This document shows, piece by piece, positions 35,709-48,000 of a stretch of DNA of 64,000 nt (its first letter is position 1; each line of letters begins with the position of its first letter). A program made the position numbers and the translations under genes. The stretch comes from Octopus sinensis (lineage: Eukaryota), in contig NC_042998.1 in the NCBI RefSeq assembly GCF_006345805.1, positions 186,310,001 through 186,374,000 of the forward strand, in the 5' to 3' direction. The notes beneath the pieces were generated by a model, which had not been told where the DNA came from, made no database searches, and saw only the letters and a list, made by a program, of their open reading frames with translations.

Positions 35709-38700
35709 ATATATATGAACAGAGATGAAAATTAACGGGTCATTTTATTCCTACCAGTCAGTTTGTAAATTCAGCAAAATGATAAGAAAAGACTTCCATC
35801 ATTGATACAAAGGCTTTTGCAGCTGAGAAGATTCACAGAATATTTTTTGTTTCTTTTTGAGCATATTTTCCAAAAGTTTATACTGAAATCTTTTTGAAGA
35901 AATTGTTGAAAGAATTTGCTTGACCTGAAATCTTTTCATGTTTGATTAAAAAATACATAAAATGAATAATGCAAGTAAAAAAAAGTTCATCAATATTCAG
36001 AGGAATACTTAAAATTTGGATTTATACCCACTATCCATGATAAACTGTCACCAAGTTATGGGCAAAAAAACTCAGATCTTATGAATTTTCCAAAGTCCTC
36101 TCCCCACTCTCTTGAAAAAAATTTTCCCACAAATTTCTTTATAATCATAATCTATGCCGGTTGAAAGATATTTATATAAAATTTCATTTAAAAAAAACAT
36201 TTTCCTAAAAGTTATGAGGGAAATACTTGGATCTTGTGAATTTTCCAAAGTCCTCTCCCCACTCTCTTGAAAAAAATTTTCCCACAAATTTCTTTATAAT
36301 CATAATCTATGCCGGTTGAAAGATATTTATATAAAATTTCATTTAAAAAAAAACATTTTCCTAAAAGTTATGAGGGAAATACTTGGATCTTGTGAATTTT
36401 CCAAAGTCCTCTCCCCACTCTCTTGAAAAAAATTTTCCCACAAATTTCTTTATAATCATAATCTATGCCGGTTGAAAGATATTTATATAAAATTTCATTT
36501 AAAAAAAACATTTTCCTAAAAGTTATGAGAGAAATACTTGGATCTTGTGAATTTTCCAAAGTCCTCTCCCCACTCTCTCTTGAAAAAATTTTTCCCACAA
36601 ATTTCTTTATATCATAATCTATGCCGGTTGAAAGATATTTATATAAAATTTCATTTAAAAAAAAACATTTTCCTAAAAGTTATGAGGGAAATACTTGGAT
36701 CTTGTGAATTTTCCAAAGTCCTCTCCCCACTCTCTTGAAAAAAATTTTCCCACAAATTTCTTTATAATCATAATCTATGCCGGTTGAAAGATATTTATAT
36801 AAAATTTCATTTAAAAAAAAACATTTTCCTAAAAGTTATGAGGGAAATACTGGATCTTGTGAATTTTCCAAAGTCCTCTCCCCACTCTCTTGAAAAAATT
36901 TTCCCACAAAATTCTTTATATCATAATCTATGACGGTTTGAAAGATATTTTATATAAATTTCATTTAAAAAAAAACATTTTCCTAAAAGTTATGAGGGAA
37001 ATACGTGGATCTTGTGAATTTTCCAAGTCCTCTCCCCACTCTTGAAAAAAATTTTCCCACAAATTTCTTTATAATCATACTCTATGCGGTTGAAATTATT
37101 TATATAAAATTCATTTAAAAAAAAAACATTTTCCTAAAAGTTATGAGGGAAATACTTGGATCTTGTGAATTTTCCAAAGTCCTCTCCCACTCTCTTGAAA
37201 AAAATTTTCCACAAAATTTCTTTATATATCATAATTCTGATGCGTGTTGAAAGATATTATATAAAATTCATTTAAAAAAAAACATTTTCCTAAAAGTTAT
37301 GAGGGAATACTTGGATCTTGTGAATTTTCCAAAGTCCTCTCCCACTCTCTTGAAAAAAATTTTCCCATCAAATTTCTTTATAATCATATATCTATGACGT
37401 TTGAAAGAGATGTATATAAAAATTTCATTTAAAAAAAAACATTTTCTAAAAGTACTGAGGGAAATACTTGGATCTTGTGAATTTTCCAAAGTCCTCTCCC
37501 CACTCTCTTGAAAAAATTTTCCACAAATTCTTATAATCATAATCTATGCCCTGGTTGAAGATATTTTATATAAAATTTCATTTAAAAAAAAACATTTTCC
37601 TAAAAGTTATGAGGGAAATACTTGGATCTTGTGAATGTCCACAAAGTCCCTCCCCACTTCTGGAAAAAAAATTTTCCCACAAATTTCTTTATAATCATAA
37701 TCTAGCCGGTTGAAAGATCTTTATATAAAATTTCATTTAAAAAAAAACATTGTCCTAAAAGTCTGAGAGGAAATACTTGATCTTGTGGAAATTCCAAAGT
37801 CCTCTCCCCACTCTCTTGAAAAAAATTTTCCCACAAATTTCTTTATAATCATAATCTATGCCGGTTGAAAGATATTTATATAAAATTTCATTTAAAAAAA
37901 AACATTTTCCTAAAAGTTATGAGGGAAATACTTGGATCTTGTGAATTTTCCAAAGTCCTCTCCCCACCCACCCCTGTTGCTCTCCACGCATTTTGTACAT
38001 CTGTTGCACTATTTTTTTTTTCATTTGTTTCCAGGTAATATTGTAAACATTAACCAAATTTTGAATAACAAAAATTAAATATCGCAAGGGGACATCAGGA
38101 TTTTAGAAATGATTCGGTGGGGCATGGCCAAAAGTCCATTAGAAACCACTGGTGTAGATGGAGTTAAGAGCCAGGGCATGAAAATTATTGTGACTGGGTG
38201 ACATGTGTGAAGAAGTAGAATGTGTGATTTATGGAATGAGCTGTATTGCTGATCTGTTCAAGTACTACCTGCATAAAGCAACAAGAATCACAATGATATT
38301 TAGTGATGAGTGGATATGAGACCACACTGATACTGAATCAAGTGTTGATATGTATTTCATTGAGTATTGAAATGCTTGATACTAACAAAAGGTTTATTGT
38401 TGAGGAAACTCAATACTGAAAGCACAATCAAATTTATTATAAAATTTATTTTGACCAACAGTTTATTCAACCAACTGGTTTAATAAATTGTAAGGCTACT
38501 TATGAAGTATTTACACATTTCTGTTAATATTGTATTTACGCATGTATATAAATTATATTTTCTAACCTGTTTTTTTGTACACATATATATATTTCAGCTA
38601 ATTCCTTACTTTTCTGGTTTAGTAGTCATATGCTACTATGGGGAAATATTTCATTTAATTTGGCTGTTCTCATGAATTTGTTAGTTGCCTTTTTCTATCC

Positions 38701-39261
38701 TTTTGGACAGTCCACAAAAGGTATGTTCACATTAAACATTTTCGTTTCTGTTACAACTTAATTTTTATTCCATTAACTTAGTAAAGTTATTCCATTAACT
38801 TCCTTCTCAAAAATATGCTAAATTTTCAGTCGTTGCCAGAGATGCAGGTGTGGCTGTGTGGTTAACAGGTTCACTTTGCATTCATGCAGTTTCAAGTCCT
38901 CTCTCACAGCATGGCACCTTGGGCAAGTGTCATCTATCAAAAAACCAGGTTGACTAATGGTTGTGAATGCCAGCATGGAAAATGTGGATATAAAAATAAT
39001 GGCAATAATAATAGCTTAAATCAAACTGGTCCATCTACATGTAAATATGTATCCTATATAATACAGTTTTATATTAAAGAGATGAGGAATTATGTACAGT
39101 ATTTACATTCGATGGATATTTGTCTTCATCTTGTTTGTTGTTAACACAACGTTTCGGCTGATATGCTGCATATGGGCACATGGCGTAGTGGTTAAGAACG
39201 CGAGCTACTAACCCCAAGATTCTGAGTTCCATTCCAAGCAGTGACCCGAACAATAATTATG

Positions 39262-39298
<37 letters not shown>

Positions 39299-41990
39299 CA
39301 ACAACATCGAAAAATACCTTAAGAATGAGAACCAAGGTTCGAAATTTCCCCAAGACACCTGAAGAAGGCTGGAGGGTACATCAGCTGAAATGTTGTGTTA
39401 ACAACAAACAAGATGAGGACAAATATCCGTCAAATTTTAATAATGTAAATAATGTATCATATATGTTTAAATGCTTTTCAAATCAGTTAAGTAAAATTAA
39501 GAATAAGAGTTGTTTGAAAGAATTGGGTAATAACCTAGTGGCCTAATTAACTCAGATAATACTCTAAAAACAAAGGTATATAATGGTAGAGATGGAAATT
39601 TAAAGTATGAAGCCTACCAGACTGAGTTTATTTGGGAGGTAGGAACTTTCTGTTCATGAAAAACAAACAGAATTTAAATATTGTTGTTAAATGGTTGCAT
39701 TTGTCATCCTTCAGGGAATATTTTTTTTATAATTCTATAATGTCTTCTATTCCAGAACTGGATTCCCGCCTATCAGGATTAGTGTGGGCAGCCATGTTTG
39801 CGTCCTTAGTCATAGTCATAATGGTTCCTCGACCGGCAGGTATTCGGACCCTCATCGTTTCAACAATATTACGACTTATTTACTCTGTTGGTTTAGCACC
39901 AACCCTCTGGCTTTTAGGAGCCTTAAATGTAATAATATATTTGCTTCATATTTTTAAATAAATTTCTAAATGAATTTTATTCATCTTTCATTAATATGAT
40001 TAATTAATCAGCTCATCTAATATAGATAATTATACTGGTAAAAATGTAAAGTAAATAAGACAAAAATATTTATTATGCAGTCTTTGGAAATGCTCTCATA
40101 CAGAACTAAATGTTTTGGTTTTAAAACAATGTAATACTTAGTGTTGTGAATGGATTTGGTAGACAGAAGCTGAAAGAAGCCCGTTGTATATGTATATATA
40201 TATATGTGTGTGTGTGTGTGTATTTGTGTGTTTGTCCCCCCACCATCGCTTGACAACTGATGTTGGTGTGTTTATGTTCCTGTAACTTAGCGGTTTGGCA
40301 AAAGAGACTACTAAGGGGTAGTAGTTGTAATTGCTGTTCAATATACATGACAACATCTTGTTGTTATATAAAATATTAATCATTTAGTTTAACACTGTCA
40401 CCTGGCTTTTGGGTGCATTTACTTGAGGCCACTCTGTTGCAAGCATTCAGATCAGATTTCTGAACTGAAGACAACTAAATATCTTGAGGTACTGCTTCAT
40501 ACTGTTGTATGAATTATGGTTTCTTGCTCCCTTTCTTTCTCCATCCATTCATCCATCTCAAGAATCTGTAAAATTGGTGCTGCCTTTCTGCTTCTAATTA
40601 ACCCTTTCGTTACCAACCCAGCTGAAACCGGCTCTGGCTCTGAGTACAAATGTCTTGTTTTCAGAAGTTTTTAATTGAAATCTTCCATCAAACCTTAGTC
40701 ACAATTTATGTTCCTAACACTAGCTGAATGATAACTAAGTTATTTTACTAAATTCTCTGTTATATTTGAAGTAATTGAAAGAAACACAGAGCATCTCAAA
40801 ATAAATACAGTAACAAAAGGGTTAAGCTATACAACAAAACTATCATACTACTACTAACATAGCACCACATATACAACTGTTATAAATAGCACTGCTATTA
40901 CTAAGTCTACTAACCCCATGACATTACACTTTGTATACACATTCTGTCTCTTCGGGTATTATGTCTATCACTATCAGTAATCATGGACCTCTATGCCAAA
41001 GTCTGGAAATTCATGATTTTCTCATTAATTTCTGCTTGTTTATTTATTGTTTACTCTTTTGGCTTCCTGCTGTGCCAAGCTTGCCCTTAAGGTACAGGGC
41101 CTATTTAACCTTTAGACAGAGGGACTACTTCACGTGACATCAGAACATGTCTACACACCAGTGGGCTTATGTGACACATGTCTAGGGACCAGAATAAGAG
41201 TTGTTTGAAAGAACTGGGTAATAACCTAGTGGCCTAATTAACTCAGATAATATTTTAAAAACAAAGGTAGAAATGGAAATTTAAAGTGTGAAGCCTATCA
41301 GGTTGAGTTTTGTATGTCTTAGCCACAGGACTATCTTCTGTAATTTGACTCATAACTGGAGTCCTTGACAGGTACTATCATTCTAGGTCAGAGTAAACCT
41401 AGGAGTAGTAGTGACTCTATTTACCCCCCAAAACTTCTTAACTCTTAAACTGGGGCCTTTGGTGTCTTACCCACAACACACTATTATGGTCTATATTGCA
41501 CTAAACTGTAGACTACATGCATTACTACTCTATACGACAGTATTACAAATTACATACACAGTTATGACTAATATTACACTAGACCAGCTTTTCTCAACAG
41601 GGGTTCCCCAGAACCCTAGGATTCTGCAAAAGGTTTCTAGGGGTTCTGCGGGAAAGAGTGAGATAAGTTAATGCTAATTTCATGATTGTAATATGACTAT
41701 ACATGTACAACATATATTGTTGGTTATTGTAATATAGACATCATCCTATCCAACCGTTGTGTTATATAAAAATATGACAACCATATATATATATATATAA
41801 ATTAGAAGAAATGAGGTACTCAGAAATCTGGATGGTTTTATATTTACAGATATTTATTAGTATGTTACATGTTTTTATAAAAACATGTAACATACCAATA
41901 AATATCTGTAAATATAAAACCATCCAGATTCCAGATTTCTGAGTACCTAATTTCTTCTAATATATAATACCTGTACATCATCTCCAAGCC

Positions 41991-42027
<37 letters not shown>

Positions 42028-45000
42028 ATGTATGTATATGGGGGGGGGGAGTTTACGAAAAAGACGAAGACAGGTGGTGTACAAAACAAACAGATGTATT
42101 AGTATAACGCTCGGGATTAGAAAAAGTCTTTTACGTTTCGAGCCTACACTCTTCTACAGAAAGGGACACAGAAAAAACAAGTTGAGGAAAAATGTATGTG
42201 TGTGTGTGTGTGTGTGATATTTACCATGTGAACTATGACAAAAAAGATATAGTATATAATTTTTTTTTGTCCAAGGGTTCCTTGAGACATGTAATTTATT
42301 TTAAGGGTTACGCAAGGGTAAAAAGGTTGAGAAACACTGCACTAGACTATATACATAGTGTTTCTATAGTCAATACTACCATGATGCCTTGTAGACTATA
42401 TTCAATACTATCACTATGATGTGTACACACACTCATGCCTTGTGGGATTTTGAAACCCAATGCAAATATTTTTTACTAGTTTATTAGACGGCAATTAGTG
42501 GATCCATTTTAATAATTAAAAACTCCCTTAATTGTATCATGCAACATGCATGGTGCATTACACTACAGCTATAACCAATGCAACCCATATTATATCACTA
42601 TACTTATTGTTTTACAGTATATCTTACTACTATATCTACCACTACTATTCCACAGTATAACTTTATTTTTCTCTTTCACAGGTGCTGAACAAAGGTATAT
42701 TCATTATCAGTCTAATGGGAAACAGGGGCAGTTTTACCCGCTCCTTTAAACACCTGCTGATGGACTTTGAGCTTGTTTACCATATTATCTATTTGTTGCT
42801 GTGTGTGTTGGGCCTCTGTGTTCATGAATTTTTTTACAGTCTTCTTGTAAGTGTTTTCTCTCTCTCTCTCTCAATACACACACACACATTCACACACAGT
42901 ACACTTAGTTCAGTTTATTGATTTATTTGGAGCTGCTGCTTCCTTTGGTACTCTGAATTCCTGTTTTTACAGAAAAAATGCACAAAATAATCAAAAGCAA
43001 ATGACAACCAAAATCCTTAAAAACAAAATTACTTACCAGATTCAAATTACCTTCTAAAAACATGACACAAACTGGGGCCTTCCTGAGTGAAGAACCTGCA
43101 TCAACTTTATAGAAAGCATATCTTATAAATTTAAATCAGGACATATATTCACTGTAAAAAAAATCACTTCACCCATTTGGGAAAAAATTTAATTTATGCC
43201 AGTAAATGTAAAGGTTGTTCTGAAGATTATAGGGCAAACAGAACTTACCTTGAGAAACAAACTCACTATCCAGAATCAAAAATACAAGATCCAGATATGA
43301 AGCAGATTCCTCTAAGTGAAAAATTTACTTGTGTGTGCAACAAATAAATCGCCAGAATTTCTAATCTTCCCATTTAATCTTTGTTATGCGAAAACCACAG
43401 ATCAAAGACAAAAAAAAACAGAAACAAAACATGCTTATTAAAAGATCTAAACGACAATTGAATAAGGGTCTTTTGCTGATGAAATGTAACAATTCAGAAA
43501 TATGCTCTATAGTTTGATGACATTATTCATAGACCAGCATGTTGTGTTTTCACACACAATGTTTGTAAGGAGAATCTCTTATCCTAAACAGTTTCTGCAG
43601 TGATGGCTGTTCCACATTTGAGTGTGCACAATGTGTTTAATATCTGTACACAGCTTTATATGTCTGACATAATAGTCACTCTGCTATTTTGAAGGCCTGT
43701 GGAATAGGGAAGTCCCTTACCTAAAAACAGGTGGTGGTCGATGACAAAATGGGTATTTGATCTCAAAATTCTTCCACAGAGTCAAATGTGTAAAAGCAAG
43801 CATTAAATGAACAACTCTATCAATGAAAAAAATAATATACATATAGGCACAGGAGTGGCTGTGTGGTAAGTAGCTTGTTTACCAACCACATGGTTCCGGG
43901 TTCAGTCCCGCTGCATGGCACCTTGGGCAAGTGTCTCCTACTATAGCCTCGGGCCGACCAAAGCCTTGGGAGTGGATTTGGTAGACGGAAACAGAAAGAA
44001 GCCCGTCGTATATATGTGTATATATATGTGTGTGTGTTTGTGTGTCTGTGTTTGTCCTCCTAGCATTGCTTGACAACCGATGCTGGTGTGTTTACGTCCC
44101 TGTCACTTAGTGGTTCGGCAAAAGAGACCGATAGAATAAGTACTGGGCTTACAAAGAATAAATCCTGGGGTCGATTTGCTCGACTAAAGGCGGTGCTCCA
44201 GCATGGCCGCAGTCAAATGACTGAAACAAGTAAAGAGAAAGAGATAGATATATTTTTATGTACACCATCAAGGCTATGCCTGCATGCATACATTTTGCAG
44301 CCAGCACAAAAGAAATTAATGAGTAAACAAAATGTTAGTTACCTTGAAATAATGCAATAATTTATGAATGTATTTATTATAGATTCACCTCAGGTTAAAT
44401 AGTCTTACAAGGTGCACGGTGACCTCACTGATGCTGGTGGCACAAGAAAGGCACCCAGTACAACACACATGGACGGGGACACACACATAAATGTAAAAAG
44501 TACTTGGTGCATTTAGTAAAGTGGTTGGCATTAGGGAGGGCATCCAGCTGTAGAAACTTACCAAAGCTGACACTGGAGCACACTGCAGTTCTTGGATCCA
44601 CTGGATCCTGTGAAACTGTCCAACCCATGCCAGCACAGAAATCTCTATATATATAAACAGCAAAATGTCTGTGTGTGTGTGTCCTTTATACAAATCCACA
44701 ATTTTTCAGTTAGAGGGATCGCACTTTCTATGGTCATTCAAAACCGTCCAAGAGTGGTCATGCACATCTTTACATTTCCCCAGTCACCCCGCAAAGCCAT
44801 TAAAAATTCAATAGAAGTGACTTTTTTGTGAATTTTCTATCGAAAACCCAATCAAAATGCCTGAAACTTGATATGCCAATTGAATGCTAGCTAGCTGTAC
44901 GTGATTGGTCAGAGATTTGGACAGTACTTGCGTGTTATGTGTGCACGCACGCACCTGTATATGCATGCACTAGCACTATGACCCGACAACACCAGGTCAT

Positions 45001-48000
45001 AGTGCTAGTAGATGTTAAATGATGATTCAGTATACATGTACTTTGTGGGGCAAAAATTCACCCATATTGATGTGGATTGTTTGTTTTATGTTTCTAGCTT
45101 CTGGATGTTGTTTACAGAGAAGAAACCTTACTCAATGTGATAAAGTCTGTTACAAGAAACGGACGTTCAATCATTCTCACTACGGTTCTTGCCGTAATTC
45201 TCATCTACCTCTTTTCTATCATTGGTTACGTCTTCTTCCGAGATGACTTTATGATGGAAGTGGAGCATTTGACAGAAATTCCAAGTAAGACTTAAATGAA
45301 TTCCTAATCTGTTTATTTCCTGTTTTATCTTATATTTTCTTTAATTTCAATTAATTTTTTAATTTTTTTTTTCTTACATTACTAAATTTTTTCTAAAGTA
45401 ATTCCTTTTTTTCCATACTAACATGTAATAAAGTTATTCTCCTCATCAGATGACTTATTTGATCATATTAATTTCTATGTAATCTTAGTTTTCATTTTTT
45501 TTTTTAATTTTGTAAAGATGTCATTTAAAGGAAACTATACTTTTTGAATCTTGGATAAAGATCTTCAAGAATATTTTATATATTTGTACTCTAAGATAGA
45601 TTTGTATTACATCTTTGATTGATATAAAAAAAAAACTACATAAATACAGGACATATGAAGCTTGAAGAAGTCAGTACTCATCTACATAAACTTGTATAAT
45701 CAAAATGCATTCAAAATAATGAAGCTGTCAGACTCACATTCCTGTCTCACTTTTTTCTAAGTAACTTCATTGCACTTGGTTACTATATAATGTTTATCTT
45801 TTCATAACAACTTGTTGCTCTCCAGCTTCATTATAGCTACTGGTTGTCAAATGGTCTCCTCTATGCACTGACTATTTCATCACTGTGTGATCTATTTCCA
45901 GTATCTATTATCAACCTCTTCATATTAGTTATTATCTAATCTCATCTTTTCTGCTTCTTCTTTGTCTCCTTCAAAACAAATCGGTTGCTATTTCCATAAC
46001 GGCTGGCTGTTATCTTCAAGGCCATTGATTGATATCCAATACCTTTCTAGCAGCTGGTTTGTAATCTGACCTCTTCACAGTAACTGGTGTTGTGATTTCT
46101 TCATAACATTTATTTTCTGTCTGACTCTTCACACTAATCTATTATTTTCTGATGTAATATCTTTGTACCGGTTGCTTCTGACCTTTATAAAGTAATTAGT
46201 TGCCAGTTCTTCTTCACAGCAACTAGTTTTTGATAATCCTTTCAGAATAATTAGTTGTTGGTGAACCATTCATGGGAACTAATTACTTTATGGTCTCTTG
46301 AAACTATTGGATAGCAACAATATCTAATTTTAATTCAGTTTTCCTCCAGAAAATCTTTACAGAAATATAATCTTAATACTAAAACCTTTTCCATAATCAT
46401 TTAATTTTGTTGGTATTAACAACAAATTAACATCCTCGAATTAAAAGTGAGGTATTTGTTGCTGAAAATAGTTACTGTTACTACTTCAATCTTTGATATG
46501 CACTGTTTTGTACTAATTTCAGACGACACTGTTTCTAATATTACATCTGACACTTGCTCCAATAATGACAGCTGCTCTGTAAGTAAATCATGGGACCACT
46601 GGAACTGGTGGCATAAAGGTGAATCATTCATCTTCTTTCACTTTATTTACAACAAAGACAAAAAAAAATCATCTATACAAATACAAATAACTACCAAATA
46701 ATTTAACATTTATATCAACATTAAAGTATTTATTAAACAATTTAATGAATTTAATTCTTCATTATTTTAAAAATTCATTGATGCAAGTCCATATATTTCA
46801 ACTCAGTGTAACAAAAGGTTTAAGAAGTGAACTGGATTTAGCAGCAGTGGGGAGAATCTAATAATCATGTAGATGGCCAAATGAGAGCACTAATGATGAA
46901 AATCTCCCTTCTATATTCAGTTTGCACTTTACAAATTGCTTATTTTCTTTACTGGAGTTTTGTTTATTAGAGAACCGAATTAGGAGCTTGCAGAGCTAGA
47001 CCTAAAGTGTTCGTTAGCTGTGAAACACTAGAGAAATCAATGCAGTAGATAATGATAGATATTCAGTTATAAGAAAACTGGATTGATAATAAAATTTTAA
47101 CTGAATTAAAATAGTTATTGAAGAAACTCCTAATCCAGGTTATCAAATCAAATTATACATGCTTAATAGGGTATTTAGTCAAACATTTATCATTGGGAAC
47201 AATTTCGTTCTGCCCAAAATACTCAAGAAGTTATATCAGAGGTAGTTAAATCTCTATAAAAACAACTCACCACTCAGTCTTGCTTTTCAGAAATAATTTA
47301 TACAGAATTTAATTATTCATCATAGATAATGTCAACTGAAATTTAAGCAAACATCTGAATGTTCTTTAGAAGATTGACCATTTCTTTTATTGCATGTTGT
47401 AACATGTCTAGTATTCTCATCTTATCCTGAAATTAAAACCTCACTAATATTCTTGCATTGTTCTTTACAGTTAATTCTTATTTGTTTTGTTAATTCACTC
47501 TAAATATGCTAATAAACAACCTCTATCTTTCTTCAGATTTTTTTATTCAAAATTTTCCCCTATATGTAAACATGTTTTGTCCCACTATGATAGGATTTCC
47601 GAGCTAATATCTCTATTTTTAAGCTGAAACCAATATTTTTCATTGAATTCTCTCTAAAACTAATACAAGGTTAGTAAAAAGATTCTAAGATAAGTACAAA
47701 AGTCAGAATATCAACCAGGTAACCTTTACAGGGATCTATCATAAATTGTTGTGCATGTGTATTTTTTTATTGATATGTAAATGCTTCATGAATTTATACT
47801 TGGAAACTTGACTGAAGAATAGAAAGCCACAAATGTTCCCTCCTTGTTTTCCTGTCCATCTTTGTATCGTCCTTCTGTCCGTATGTTTTCATTGTCGTCC
47901 GTTCTTGTTCCGTTTTTTTGGATTTATATATACATATAGCAGCATATGTACACCTTTTGCTCAGCTTGTAAGTATATATCTAATTCTGTACAACTTTCTT

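Noticed and set aside
36072-37540. Repeated ORFs ([14 protein letters not shown]) in the satellite
   Set aside because: Frames are broken by indels between units; no coding signal.
39174-39250. SINE heads (also 30190-30268 and family A/C heads) as functional tRNA genes
   Set aside because: No complete cloverleaf or acceptor stem, and they are followed by repeat bodies.
45900-46400. Possible LINE endonuclease remnant (KLDIVAIQ-like, minus strand)
   Set aside because: A single short motif with stops; insufficient support.
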